A stretch of 64,000 bases of DNA. It comes from Anaerolineales bacterium (GTDB lineage Bacteria > Chloroflexota > Anaerolineae > Anaerolineales > UBA11579). The translations under genes were made by a program, and so were the position numbers. The DNA lies in the NCBI GenBank assembly GCA_025450445.1, contig JANWHN010000076.1, positions 2,859 to 66,858 of the forward strand, written 5' to 3'. The notes under the pieces were generated by a model. The model saw only the letters and a program-made list of their open reading frames with translations. It was not told the origin of the DNA and ran no database searches. This document shows positions 1 to 9,775 of this stretch, in pieces; within the stretch, counting starts at the first letter, position 1, and every line of letters begins with the position of its first letter.

Positions 1-144
1 CAGATCGGGAATTAACGCCACAGGCTCGGCTGGTTCTGCAAATGAAGGCGCTCACGGATTGGCTAGCTGCCCAACGAGCCCAATCTGCAATCGAGATTTC
101 CCTGCCCCAATAGCCGGGTGCGGCTAGAATCGGAAGAAGGAAAT

Positions 145-816
145 ATGCTGGACGAATTCGATTTCAAGGAAGAGAAGCCGAAGAAGCAATTCAAGCTGGG
201 CTCGGCCATGTGGAATGTGGCCAGCTTGTTCACCCTAATCGCGACCTTGTGCGCGGGCGGCTGGTTCACGCAAATCTTTCTCGATCCGCAATCCGGATTA
301 AACCCGTTGCCGCCTGTGGCCACTGCCGCACCCGCGCAGCCGACCGATATTCTCCTACCCTCTGCAACGACTGTGCTCGTCGCAACGGAGGCTCCAACCA
401 GCGAGCCGCCGACGGCCACGCCAGAGCCAGCGGTCAATTCCTTCCAGACCCAAGAAGGCAGCCCAGTTGCGTTAGATAGCTCCGTCTTTCATCCCGAGCT
501 TGGATGCAACTTTTTGGGTGTGGCTGGTCAAGTGTTCGATATCAATGGCAGTCCGATCAACGGATTGCGGATTAATGTAACTGGAACTTTAGCGGGCGCG
601 ACTGTAAGCGAGTTGGGCGTTACCGGCGCGGCAACCCAATATGGCACAGGTGCGTATTATGAGATCCAGCTGGCTGACGCGCCGACGGTTTCGGAAGGCA
701 CTTTGCAGATCTCGGTGCTGGATGCGAACGACCAGGCGATTTCGCCGCTGGTCACCTTTAGCACCACTGATAGCTGCCAACAAAACCTACTCCTGATCAA
801 CTTTAGCGAACAATAA
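145..816 (+). CDS. hypothetical single-pass membrane protein with Pro/Thr/Ala-rich linker
   Basis: ORF 118..816. The ATG at 145 is preceded by GAAGGA. Hydrophobic segment WNVASLFTLIATLCAGGWF is followed by the linker PPVATAAPAQPT...TSEPPTATPEP. A hairpin terminator follows. No family recognised. Confidence 0.6.
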   Translation: MLDEFDFKEEKPKKQFKLGSAMWNVASLFTLIATLCAGGWFTQIFLDPQSGLNPLPPVATAAPAQPTDILLPSATTVLVATEAPTSEPPTATPEPAVNSFQTQEGSPVALDSSVFHPELGCNFLGVAGQVFDINGSPINGLRINVTGTLAGATVSELGVTGAATQYGTGAYYEIQLADAPTVSEGTLQISVLDANDQAISPLVTFSTTDSCQQNLLLINFSEQ

Positions 817-821
817 TAAGG

Positions 822-848
822 AAAAGACCCGCCGTCGGCGGGTCTTTT
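822..848. terminator. bidirectional rho-independent terminator hairpin
   Basis: aagacccgcc-gtc-ggcgggtctt stem flanked by an A-run and a T-run. It sits between convergent genes 145..816 (+) and 847..2034 (-). Confidence 0.6.
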
Positions 849-2034
849 AGGTTATGGCTTTTGGCAAAGCCTTCTTTAATTCATCGCAGACCAGACCAAC
901 ATCATCCTGGCTCATAACTCCAGAAAAAGGGAGGGCCAAGCCACGCCGGCCGATGTCTTCGGTGACGGGAAAATCGCCGGGCTTGTAGCTGAAGCGGTCG
1001 ATCATAAAGGGCTGCAAATGGATGGGAGCGAAATAAGGCCGAGAGGGAATGCCAGCCTCGCCAAGTAAAGCCGATAACTTTTCGCGATCGATCTGCGGAG
1101 CCACCCGGATAACGTAGACAAACCAGCTCATGCGCGTGGTGGATGGGACGATTGCTGGCAATTCGACTTCCGGAACATTAGCCAGGTGTTCGCCATACCA
1201 GGCGGCCACTTGGTCGCGCTTGGCGAGGAGTTCATCCAGGCGATTCAACTGAGCGCGACCCAAAGCGGCGCTCATTTCAGTTATGCGATAGTTGTAGCCA
1301 AGGTGCGTATGCTCGAGCCAGGTGTCGCCGGGAGCGCGACCCTGGTTGCGCATAGCGCGCATAAATTCGGCCGCTTCGTCATCGTTGGTAACGATTACCC
1401 CGCCCTCGCCAGTGGTCATTTGCTTATTGGGATAAAAGGCGTAGACGGCACTCTGGCCAAATCGGCCGGCTAATTTCTTTTTGTATCTGGCGCCGAGCGC
1501 TTCGCACGAATCCTCAATAAGCACCAGATCATTTTTATTGGCGATGTCTTCCAACGCATCGTAATCGGCAGGCTGCCCGAAAACATCCACCGCCAAAATT
1601 GCCTTGGGTTTTTTGGCGACCGCGTTTTTGCGCGGCAGCCAATTCTGGGCGGGCTTTCCCCCGGCGGCGATTTGTTCGACCGCTTGGGCCAATCGCTGCG
1701 GATCGATATTGCCAGTTTCCATATGGACGTCCACGAAAACGGGAACTGCGTTCTCGTAAAGAAGGGCATTGCTAGAAGCAACGAATGAAAACGGTGTGGT
1801 GAGCACCAGGTCGCCAGCTCGAATACCCGCAGCACGGACGCACAAGTGCAGGCCAGCGGTGCCGGAATTGACCGCTATAGCATGCTTGGCGCCCGAATAT
1901 TCTTTTATCGCTCGTTCGAATTCAAAAGTTTGCTCGCCCATGCTGAGCACGGGGGTGTTGAGCACATCTGCAACTGCCTGGCGCTCAGCTTCGGTAATGT
2001 CCGGGGCGGACATGGAGACGCGATACTTGGTCAT
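847..2034 (-). CDS. DegT/DnrJ/EryC1/StrS-family PLP-dependent sugar aminotransferase
   Basis: 395-aa ORF with motifs AVNSGTAGLHL, IEDSCEALGA and AFYPNKQMTTGEGG (PLP lysine context), typical of sugar 3-/4-aminotransferases. Confidence 0.9.
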   Translation of the reverse strand: MTKYRVSMSAPDITEAERQAVADVLNTPVLSMGEQTFEFERAIKEYSGAKHAIAVNSGTAGLHLCVRAAGIRAGDLVLTTPFSFVASSNALLYENAVPVFVDVHMETGNIDPQRLAQAVEQIAAGGKPAQNWLPRKNAVAKKPKAILAVDVFGQPADYDALEDIANKNDLVLIEDSCEALGARYKKKLAGRFGQSAVYAFYPNKQMTTGEGGVIVTNDDEAAEFMRAMRNQGRAPGDTWLEHTHLGYNYRITEMSAALGRAQLNRLDELLAKRDQVAAWYGEHLANVPEVELPAIVPSTTRMSWFVYVIRVAPQIDREKLSALLGEAGIPSRPYFAPIHLQPFMIDRFSYKPGDFPVTEDIGRRGLALPFSGVMSQDDVGLVCDELKKALPKAIT

Positions 2035-2052
2035 TTTCGAGCGGCGATTATC

Positions 2053-2883
2053 TCACAGCGAGATTTGGAATGTTGCGACTGCGATCAGAGCTCCTGCAAC
2101 GGCGCTTATGAAATTTACCCAGTCGTTATCGAGCCAAGCCCAACCGCGATGCAATGTTGTTTCTGTTCCGCAGGTATGCAGCGGATGGCGCTCAGTTTCT
2201 TTTTTGCATTGAGGACAGTAATAAATTCCTTGCACGGTCGCGCCTAGCAGCGAGTCGATTGCCGAGCCAAATACACCACCAATGGTGACCGCCAAGATTA
2301 CTTGGCTCGTTTGGCCGCTGAGAAACCAAGCGGCGAGACCAGCGATCAGCATCGCGCCGAGCAAGCTGACTGCGCTGCCCAGTAATGAAATTGCACCCGA
2401 TGTGCCGCCCGGCACGCGCTTACCGTTCGAGATCAGGATGGGCGAAGCAGAACTGAGCACGCCCAATTCGGTGGCCCATGTGTCTGCGTTCACGGTCGCC
2501 AACGATCCGGCATAAGCCAGCCAGGCTGTTGGCGCGGGCAGCCAGCCTGCGGTGGCGGCTAGCAATGCAAGCACACCGAGGCCGCCATTGGCTGCAACCT
2601 GCGCCCAGTCTCGGCGACCGCCCTTGGCGAAATCAGCGGCGACGATCTTTTTTCTGGAGACGGAGGAGCGTGAAAGCAGGCTCGAGGAACCGAAGAAAAC
2701 CAATAATGGGATTGCCCAGGCTAAGCCGCCCAATCCATAAATTACGCCGCCCATTACAAAGGCTGCGATAGCGCCGTTGATCGACAAAATTCGGAGCCGC
2801 CAGGCAGCCACAGAGACGAATACCGCTAAGCCAAAACCAACCAGGATTTGGGTCAGGTCGATTTCAGGAGCAATGTCTAGCAT
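2053..2883 (-). CDS. DUF92/TMEM19-like integral membrane protein
   Basis: 276-aa polytopic ORF. N-terminus LSINGAIAAFVMGGVIYGLGG...FFGSSSLLSR resembles the DUF92 family. It has a CPQC...HTC cysteine/histidine cluster in a loop. Confidence 0.7.
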   Translation of the reverse strand: MLDIAPEIDLTQILVGFGLAVFVSVAAWRLRILSINGAIAAFVMGGVIYGLGGLAWAIPLLVFFGSSSLLSRSSVSRKKIVAADFAKGGRRDWAQVAANGGLGVLALLAATAGWLPAPTAWLAYAGSLATVNADTWATELGVLSSASPILISNGKRVPGGTSGAISLLGSAVSLLGAMLIAGLAAWFLSGQTSQVILAVTIGGVFGSAIDSLLGATVQGIYYCPQCKKETERHPLHTCGTETTLHRGWAWLDNDWVNFISAVAGALIAVATFQISL

Positions 2884-2944
2884 GGGAATTCTGTGGATAA
2901 GTGGGCAAGCAATTGTGGATAAGTACTGGGTTTATGTTGAGAAA

Positions 2945-3844
2945 TTAGATACTGAAGAGAACTGCCCCCAGAAACAGGGCGCTAGAAAAAAGGCTTGCCC
3001 CCCATACGAGATAGGAAAAATTCAAACCCTTTGGTTCCCGGAAAAAAAGCAGGCCTAAAAACAAATTTCCCACAAAGAAGAAGAGATTGATGGCTGGCAG
3101 CAAAAAGAGCTGGAGGGATGCTACTGCAGGCAGAGGCAAACCATCGGCGGCGAAGCCGAGGGAAACAAAGGGCAAACCAGGCGCCAAAATCCCGACCAGA
3201 ATCAGCAAGCCCAGCGCCAATACGCCGCCGGCGACAAACAATTGGCGCGCCCGAGGTTGCGCCCAAGCTTCGACGAGCACGAAGCTTGGTGAGATGGATC
3301 GAGCGCGGAAAGGGCGTAGGCTGCCGCGCTCGGATTGCTGTTTGTACAGCTCCACAAATTTTTGGGGATCGACGGGAGAGATGATAAACACCCGCTCTTT
3401 GGTTCCCAGAAGAACCAGTCCTGTCTTCTCGGCGGCAAGAAACTCCAAGGTCCCCAATTCCGGGTCCTTGATCTCGGCTGAAACATTTCCAGGCCATATC
3501 CAACGGGGGAGAGCGATCGGATTTTCAAGCTCGTCTGCATGGGCCACATCGACGATGGCATCGTGAGGCAGATCGACCTGGCGCAAGCCCCAGCGCAAGC
3601 GCAGGCCCTCGCGGCCGAGCCAGTAACCGGATTGCAGCAGGGCATACAGGCGATATAGCAGAAGAGGCAGCGGAAGGCTGAAAAGAAGAGCGCCAACCAG
3701 CAGCAACACTGATGTCAAAGCTGTTGCTTGGGCCGAGGCGAGGAACAAAAATGTGATGAGCAGGCCGACGCAAAGGATCAAAGCGCCAAAGTGAAAGGCT
3801 AGACCTCTGCGACGGGGCGGATCAAAACGAGTGAGGGATTCCAT
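2945..3844 (-). CDS. membrane protein with two N-terminal TM helices and a PH-like (YdbS/YdbT-type) domain
   Basis: The ORF extends to 3958, but the ATG at 3844 (MESLTRFDPPRRRG...) gives the usual short N-tail + 2 TM + soluble domain + C-terminal TMs. The longer version would overlap the plus-strand promoter. Start uncertain. Confidence 0.5.
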   Translation of the reverse strand: MESLTRFDPPRRRGLAFHFGALILCVGLLITFLFLASAQATALTSVLLLVGALLFSLPLPLLLYRLYALLQSGYWLGREGLRLRWGLRQVDLPHDAIVDVAHADELENPIALPRWIWPGNVSAEIKDPELGTLEFLAAEKTGLVLLGTKERVFIISPVDPQKFVELYKQQSERGSLRPFRARSISPSFVLVEAWAQPRARQLFVAGGVLALGLLILVGILAPGLPFVSLGFAADGLPLPAVASLQLFLLPAINLFFFVGNLFLGLLFFREPKGLNFSYLVWGASLFSSALFLGAVLFSI

Positions 3845-3947
3845 TAAGTTGAGAAGTGCGGTTCGTAGCCACAATAGTAATGCAGAGCTTTCCGTTTTGT
3901 GGTCTGAGCTAGCAAAACGCAAAAAATAAGCCTGAAAGCCCCCTGAC

Positions 3948-3976
3948 TTGACCTTCACATAGCGCGCATATACAAT
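3948..3976 (+). promoter_or_regulatory. sigma70-like promoter TTGACC-17 nt-TACAAT
   Basis: TTGACC at 3948-3953, a 17-nt spacer, then TACAAT at 3971-3976. The first codon (GTG 3983) of the downstream operon lies about 7 nt after the -10 box. Confidence 0.4.
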
Positions 3977-3982
3977 CTACCT

Positions 3983-4273
3983 GTGATTCCCGGAACAAAC
4001 AACAACGAAATACGCGCACTAGAGAAAAAAGTTCCAACAGAGTGGGAAACCTGGGCACGGCAATTGAGACGCTGGGGCTTGTCCGGGTTCGCGGCGACGC
4101 TGTTTGAGACTGGCGGCGCGTTTGCCACACTCGTCGCGCAAAGTATTTACATCAGCAAACCGCTAGCGAATACTTGGATCGCGGACGCGAGGCTTAGCAG
4201 CCTTGCTAATTTGCTAGAAGATCCTGAACAAGGGATCGCATTTGCCAATCTTCTGCGAGAGCAAGCGCAATGA
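3983..4273 (+). CDS. hypothetical small protein, first gene of nine-gene operon
   Basis: 96-aa ORF with a GTG start. Its stop overlaps the next start (ATGA at 4270-4273). Hydrophobic/amphipathic segment GLSGFAATLFETGGAFATLVAQSIY. Confidence 0.5.
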   Translation: MIPGTNNNEIRALEKKVPTEWETWARQLRRWGLSGFAATLFETGGAFATLVAQSIYISKPLANTWIADARLSSLANLLEDPEQGIAFANLLREQAQ

Positions 4274-5022
4274 GTATTTCACCAGAAGTATTAGTCGCAC
4301 TTGCGCTTTTCTTCATCCTCTTGTTTTCGGTATGGGGCAGGAACAACCCGCGCCGCGTGTTTCGATCAATTAAAGCTTTCAAAGAATTGCAACGCAACAT
4401 CGAGCTCTCCGTAGAAGACGGTTCACGTTTGCAGATCGGCCTGGGTTCCGGTGGTCTATTGGGGCCGCAGAGTGCGGCTGCATTTGCTGGTCTGACTCTG
4501 CTGCGCCAAGTGGCGGATATCGCCTCGGATAGCGATCAACCGCCAATCGCGACCACGGGCGATGGCGCGCTGATGCTGCTGGCGCAAGATACGTTGCGCA
4601 GCACCTATCGACGGCTGGGAATTCGCGAGCAATTTAATTCCAAACTCGGCCGGGTTACCGGGCTCACACCCTTCTCACATGCGGCTGGTGCGCTGCCGTT
4701 GATTCTTGATCGTTCGGTTCTCGGAAGCGCGTTGATCGGCAGCTATGGAAACGAAGTGGGCCTGATCGCCGGGGCAAGCCAGCGGGCAAACGGCTTCACC
4801 ACCGGCGGCAGCGACAGACTAAGCACCCAAGCGATCTTGTTCGCAGCTGCGGATGAGCCGCTAATCGGCGAAGAGATCTATGCCACCGGCGCATACACCA
4901 ACGCTGGGGCGGCGCACCAAGCCAGTCTGCGCTCACAAGATTTGTTGCGTTGGATTCTGATCGCGCTCTTGATCATCACTGCCCTAGCCCCGCTATTTGA
5001 AGGCAGTCAAATCGTTCAATGA
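4270..5022 (+). CDS. hypothetical bitopic membrane protein
   Basis: 250-aa ORF with an N-terminal TM (VLVALALFFILLFSVW), a C-terminal TM (WILIALLIITALAPLF) and a Gly/Ala-rich middle. ATGA overlaps on both sides. Confidence 0.65.
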   Translation: MSISPEVLVALALFFILLFSVWGRNNPRRVFRSIKAFKELQRNIELSVEDGSRLQIGLGSGGLLGPQSAAAFAGLTLLRQVADIASDSDQPPIATTGDGALMLLAQDTLRSTYRRLGIREQFNSKLGRVTGLTPFSHAAGALPLILDRSVLGSALIGSYGNEVGLIAGASQRANGFTTGGSDRLSTQAILFAAADEPLIGEEIYATGAYTNAGAAHQASLRSQDLLRWILIALLIITALAPLFEGSQIVQ

Positions 5023-5636
5023 GGACAGGTATTCGCGCACCAGTATCCACTGCGGTTGCGATCGCGGTCGGGTTTCTTGTTCTCATTAGCCTGCTCATTC
5101 CGGGACTTGAGGACCTGCGCAACCAGATCCTGAACTGGGCGATCCTGCTGGCGGCGATCGCATTGTTACTTGGCTTAGCCAACCTTTTTCAAGTTCATTT
5201 CAACAAAGTCCGCGATCGAGAAAAACCTGTCTACAGCTCGATTTTGCTGGTGGCAATGCTGGTTACCTTTGGGCTAACCCTTTGGCAGGGCAGCCAGGGT
5301 GATGTGCCGAAGTGGATCTTCAATAATTTGCAGCTTCCGATCGAGACCGGCTTGATGGCAGTTTTGGCGGTGAGCCTGACCATTGCGGCAGCTCGCTTTT
5401 TTCAAAGCCGTAGCGACCTGATGGGTTTTGTTTTCATCGGCGCGCTATTTATTGCGTTGCTGGCAGCCGCCCCGGTCTTTGGGCTTGAATTACCGATCTT
5501 CACTCAGGTCGTCGGGCCGATCATAAATAGCCTATCGATCAGCGCGGCGCGCGGTTTGCTGATCGGGGTCGGTCTAGGAACACTGGCGACGGGGCTGCGC
5601 ATTCTGCTTGGCGCCGATCGACCTTACGGCGGCTAG
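5019..5636 (+). CDS. hypothetical polytopic membrane protein
   Basis: 205-aa ORF with about 5-6 hydrophobic helices and no Cys. Its start overlaps the upstream stop. Confidence 0.7.
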   Translation: MRTGIRAPVSTAVAIAVGFLVLISLLIPGLEDLRNQILNWAILLAAIALLLGLANLFQVHFNKVRDREKPVYSSILLVAMLVTFGLTLWQGSQGDVPKWIFNNLQLPIETGLMAVLAVSLTIAAARFFQSRSDLMGFVFIGALFIALLAAAPVFGLELPIFTQVVGPIINSLSISAARGLLIGVGLGTLATGLRILLGADRPYGG

Positions 5637-5646
5637 AGCTAACTTC

Positions 5647-7278
5647 ATGTCTTATCAATCTTCACAGGACCCCGAAGACAGGCTGCCCGATTGGCTCAAG
5701 GCTCTGCGCAAGCGGCAGAGCGAAGAGCCGAAAGAGGAAGCGAAACCTGCTCAGCCAAGTCAGCCTCCGGCTGCCGAGGGTGAGGATACAGAGCCTACCT
5801 GGCTGCGCGAAATTCGCGAAAGGCACAGACGCGAGCAACCCACTGACGAAGAATTGCTCGCGGAAGAGCGTGCCCTCACAGATACTCAACCCACTGCGCC
5901 GATCAAACCGCTGGAGAAACGGCGGATCGAAACTCCGTTTGAGCCGATCGAGCTGGAAAAACCAGTAGAAAAAATTCCCGAGCCAGTCAGCAAAATCCCT
6001 GATTGGCTTACGTTAGATGAACACGGAGAATCCTCGGCTGCTGAGGAAACCGCAGATGAGTTCACCCAACCTGAGAAACGAACGCCTGCTTTTGCAGATA
6101 TGGAAGCCGAGGCATTAAGCCCCGGTGAACTGCCCAGTTGGCTGCAAGCAATCCGGCCGAGCGAAACATTTCCGGAAGAAGACAATCGCTCGGAGGAAAT
6201 GCTGCCAAGCAGTGAGGAAACTGCTGGGCCTTTAGCAGGCCTAGTCGGGGTCTTGCCCGCGGAACCTGAGATCGTCCAATTCGGGAAACCGCCTGTGTTC
6301 TCGGCGCGGCTGGATGTGACTGAGAGCCAGGCGCGCCACGCAGCGGCTTTTAGCCGGCTTGTCGCGGCTGAGGGCCGGCCGCGAGAAGATCTGGGGCGGC
6401 AGGTTGCGCTGCCGACCAGGGTTCTCAATTGGATCATCAGCGCAGCTGTCTTTCTCGCCGTTCTATTCCCGCTGATCGTCCAAAGCCAAGGTACTCCCCG
6501 CCCCGAAGTTGATGCCGTGCAATTTGCGGCCAGCACAAATATTTTCAACGCCATTGACGTCTTGCCTCCAAATGCGCCGGTGCTGATCGCGTTTGAAGTG
6601 CAACCAGCTTTGTATGGCGAGCTTTCCGCGCCTGCAGCGGCGGTGCTGTCCCATCTACTGGATAAACAAGCTCGGCTGGTATTCATATCGACGCAACCCA
6701 CCGGGCCAGCTTTAGCAGATCGATTATTGCAAGAACACTTAAGCGCGGCACCCAGTGTGGCAACCGGCGACTATGTGAACCTGGGTTATCTCTCAGGAGG
6801 AATGGCGGCATTACGCAGCTTCACCTCCGATCCGCGCACGGCCACGTTGTCGGCTGCGGCCGCGGTGCAGAATCCCTGGCAGAGCACGAGTTTGTTAGCA
6901 GTTGGACAACTCCGTGATTTTGCCATGGTGTTCGTCATTACCAGCGAGGCTGAAGACGGACGAGCCTGGATTGAGCAGGCGGGCAGTTCGCTGCCGCAAG
7001 GGTTGTACATTGTCGGGAGCACGCAGTCAGCGCCACTGCTTAAGCCTTATCTGCTTAGCGACCCGCCAACATTGCGCGGGCTTGTTGATGGTTTTGGCGG
7101 GGCGACATTTTACGAGCGCCTGCGAAACACAGACGGCCTGGGACGAACTTATTGGGATGCGTTCAGCTATGGCCTGGGCGCGATCGTGTTGCTGATCCTT
7201 CTGGGTGGGTTGTACAGCCGGCTCATCCATCTGCGACCGGAAAAACCGGCCGCGCAAACGGAGGGCAAGAGTGCCTAG
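5647..7278 (+). CDS. hypothetical membrane protein: acidic Pro/Glu-rich N-terminal region with four PxWL repeats, TM, large extracytoplasmic domain, C-terminal TM
   Basis: The ORF track starts at TTG 5608, but ATG 5647 (MSYQSSQD) is more likely. Repeats are LPDWLKALR, EPTWLREIR, IPDWLTLDE and LPSWLQAIR. TMs are VLNWIISAAVFLAVLFPLIV and LGAIVLLILLGGLY. Confidence 0.65.
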   Translation: MSYQSSQDPEDRLPDWLKALRKRQSEEPKEEAKPAQPSQPPAAEGEDTEPTWLREIRERHRREQPTDEELLAEERALTDTQPTAPIKPLEKRRIETPFEPIELEKPVEKIPEPVSKIPDWLTLDEHGESSAAEETADEFTQPEKRTPAFADMEAEALSPGELPSWLQAIRPSETFPEEDNRSEEMLPSSEETAGPLAGLVGVLPAEPEIVQFGKPPVFSARLDVTESQARHAAAFSRLVAAEGRPREDLGRQVALPTRVLNWIISAAVFLAVLFPLIVQSQGTPRPEVDAVQFAASTNIFNAIDVLPPNAPVLIAFEVQPALYGELSAPAAAVLSHLLDKQARLVFISTQPTGPALADRLLQEHLSAAPSVATGDYVNLGYLSGGMAALRSFTSDPRTATLSAAAAVQNPWQSTSLLAVGQLRDFAMVFVITSEAEDGRAWIEQAGSSLPQGLYIVGSTQSAPLLKPYLLSDPPTLRGLVDGFGGATFYERLRNTDGLGRTYWDAFSYGLGAIVLLILLGGLYSRLIHLRPEKPAAQTEGKSA

Positions 7279-7990
7279 CGATCTGCTCTCACAAGCAGGC
7301 ATTGTTGCCGCGGCGTTGCTGACGCTGATCACGCTGTCGTATGCGTTCGGTGACCATCCTGTCTTTCGCATTGTCCTCTATCTCTTCATTGGCATCGCGG
7401 CCGGCTATGCCGGAGCGATCGCGATCGAAGATGTGATCCTTCCGCAACTTGTGTTCCCGGTTCTGGATGCGTGGAATGGCGTTTTCCAGATCGCACCGGC
7501 GGATCTAATCGTGCGGGTTGTATTGTCGGCCTTGCTGCTGTTAAAGCTTTCACCACGGGCAGCCAATCTGGGCAACCCGGTAACGGCCCTGCTGGCCGGC
7601 GTGGGCGCGGCTTTGGCGATCGGGGGCGCGGTGCAGGGCACGATACTGCCGCAAGTTGGCGCAGCGGTGACCACGTTTAACGCGGCACAGTTCGATCTGG
7701 CGATGCAGGGCGGTCATTATGGCGAGAGTATCCAAGTTGTCGTTGAAGGGACGATCCTGTTGCTGGCCACTGTGAGTACGCTGGCATATTTCCACTTTGG
7801 CGCCACGGCGCGCGGTTCACAGCCGCCTCTGCGGCCGATCGTTGTCGATGGATTAGCGTGGGTTGGAAGCATCTTCATTGTGATCACGCTAGCGACTCTG
7901 TTCGCGGGAGTATTGTTGGCGGCCCTGAGCGCATTGATCGAACGATTATCGTTCCTGGTGGGCGTGGCAAACATGTTGATGGGTCAATGA
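7271..7990 (+). CDS. hypothetical polytopic membrane protein
   Basis: GTG at 7271 is preceded by GGAGGG (7259-7264) and overlaps the upstream stop (7276-7278). The protein is hydrophobic throughout. Confidence 0.65.
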   Translation: MPSDLLSQAGIVAAALLTLITLSYAFGDHPVFRIVLYLFIGIAAGYAGAIAIEDVILPQLVFPVLDAWNGVFQIAPADLIVRVVLSALLLLKLSPRAANLGNPVTALLAGVGAALAIGGAVQGTILPQVGAAVTTFNAAQFDLAMQGGHYGESIQVVVEGTILLLATVSTLAYFHFGATARGSQPPLRPIVVDGLAWVGSIFIVITLATLFAGVLLAALSALIERLSFLVGVANMLMGQ

Positions 7991-9747
7991 GCGAATCGAA
8001 CGGAAAGCCAAGTCTTTCTCTCGTCAGCCTGGAGATCGGCAGCGTAAACACGCGGGCGCAATTCTTCGATTCAGTTGAAGGACGGTATCGCTTTTTGGCG
8101 GCAGGCGAAGCCCACAGCACGGTCGGCTCGCCGGCGTTTGACCTGAATGTCGGCGTATTAGACGCGTTGACGCAATTGCAGGAAACCACCGGGCGGCAGC
8201 TTTTAAGCGACCGTGGCTTGCTGATCTCCACGGATCCAGAAGACACAATTGGCGTGAACGCAGTGACAACAACCTTTTCTGGAGGGACTCCGCTCAAGGT
8301 AGTAACAGCTGGACTACTGGATGGGGTATCGCTTAAAAGCGTAAACAAGTTAGTCAACACCAGTTACTCCCACATTGTCGAAACATTCGGATTGAATGAT
8401 CGGCGCAGCCCTGAAAACATCATCGACGCGATCTGCCAACATTTGCCCGACTTGATCGTGTTGGCAGGCGGCACCAACCGCGGGGCATCCCGTTCGGTGA
8501 TCCGACTCGCAAATTACCTCGCCCTGGCGCTCAATTTGATCCCAGAAAAGCAGCGCCCGGCAGTGCTGTTTGTCGGCAACGAAAACCTGCAAGAAGAGAT
8601 CGATAATTTGCTGGGCTCGCTGACGGAATTGCACCTGGTTCACAATATTCGACCCAGCCTTGACCAGGAAAGCAGCGCCCCAGCGGAAGCCAGACTGGCT
8701 GATATTTACTTCAGTATCCAATCCCGCAAATTGGGCGGGCTGGAACAACTGCGCGACCTTTCTGCCGGCCACTTGCACCCGGGCGCTAACGGATTTGGAC
8801 GGGTGATCCGTTTTTTGAGCACGGTGATCGATGCGCCAAAAGGAATGTTGGGGGTCGACATAGGGGCTTCCAGCATCACAGTAGCGTCGGCTTTTGCAGG
8901 CGAGCTGGAAATGCGGGTGTATGCCGGCCTGGGGGTGGGCCGCGGGCTGACGGGGATGATCGCCGAAACGCATTTGCAACAGATCACCCGCTGGCTGCCC
9001 TTCGATGTGAGCGATGATTTCGTTTTGGACTATTTGTACAACAAGCCACTCTTTCCGCACAGCCTGCCAGCTACGCCCGAAGAACTGGCCGTTGAGCAGG
9101 CCGCGGCTCGCCAAGCGATGCGCCTGGCGATTGGCAAAAGCTTGCCGCTTTTCCCGGCTGATGCGATCTACCCGCTGCCGGGCACGGTGCCGTGGTTCGA
9201 CCGCATCCTGGTGAGCGGCAGCGCGGTGACTCGCGCGCCGCGTTTGGAACAGAGCCTGCTGATGATCCTGGACGCGATCCAGCCAGTGGGAATTACGACC
9301 ATTATTTTGGACCAAAACAATTTGGCGTCTTCGGTTGGGGCCAGCGCGGAGATCGATCCGCTGATGGCTGTGCAGGTCTTGGAATCGAATGCGTTCGTAA
9401 ACCTGGGTACGATCATTTCGCCAGTCGGGGCGGCGCGCAGCGGGAGCCCGATCTTGCGCATTCAAATGCTGCGAGATGGGCAAAAAGAACCCGTCGTCGA
9501 AATCAAAGAAGGCGGCTTTAGTGTGTTGCCTCTTGCGCCCGGAAAAGTGGCGGACCTGTATATTCATCCGCTGCAGAATGTGAATATTGGGCTTGGACCC
9601 GGACGGGGTGGCTGGGTGCGCCGCGTGGTGGGCGGTGTATTTGGGGTCGTTATTGATGGGCGCGGGCGGCCAGTGCAAGTGCCGACGTCTTTCAATCGAC
9701 GCCAGGAAACATTGGAAGCCTGGCACAACGCGCTGAGCGGGATGTGA
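7987..9747 (+). CDS. GlmL/MutL-like ASKHA (actin-fold) ATPase-like protein
   Basis: ATG 7987 overlaps the upstream TGA (7988-7990). There are two phosphate-loop-like segments: SLVSLEIGSVNTRAQFFD near the N-terminus and MLGVDIGASSITVASAF mid-protein. This is the arrangement seen in glutamate-mutase-accessory (GlmL)-type actin-fold proteins. Confidence 0.55.
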   Translation: MSESNGKPSLSLVSLEIGSVNTRAQFFDSVEGRYRFLAAGEAHSTVGSPAFDLNVGVLDALTQLQETTGRQLLSDRGLLISTDPEDTIGVNAVTTTFSGGTPLKVVTAGLLDGVSLKSVNKLVNTSYSHIVETFGLNDRRSPENIIDAICQHLPDLIVLAGGTNRGASRSVIRLANYLALALNLIPEKQRPAVLFVGNENLQEEIDNLLGSLTELHLVHNIRPSLDQESSAPAEARLADIYFSIQSRKLGGLEQLRDLSAGHLHPGANGFGRVIRFLSTVIDAPKGMLGVDIGASSITVASAFAGELEMRVYAGLGVGRGLTGMIAETHLQQITRWLPFDVSDDFVLDYLYNKPLFPHSLPATPEELAVEQAAARQAMRLAIGKSLPLFPADAIYPLPGTVPWFDRILVSGSAVTRAPRLEQSLLMILDAIQPVGITTIILDQNNLASSVGASAEIDPLMAVQVLESNAFVNLGTIISPVGAARSGSPILRIQMLRDGQKEPVVEIKEGGFSVLPLAPGKVADLYIHPLQNVNIGLGPGRGGWVRRVVGGVFGVVIDGRGRPVQVPTSFNRRQETLEAWHNALSGM

Positions 9748-9775
9748 GCTGGCATATGAATTGCACGAATTTGAG

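Noticed and set aside
1-117. Possible 3' end of an upstream gene or a promoter for the first ORF
   Set aside because: The region is too short to support any call. There are stops in all plus frames within a few codons and no recognisable motif.
5886-6701. 271-aa minus-strand ORF inside the 5647-7278 gene
   Set aside because: A Ser/Gly/Ala-rich antisense translation. The plus-strand frame is supported by its TM segments, repeats and operon coupling.
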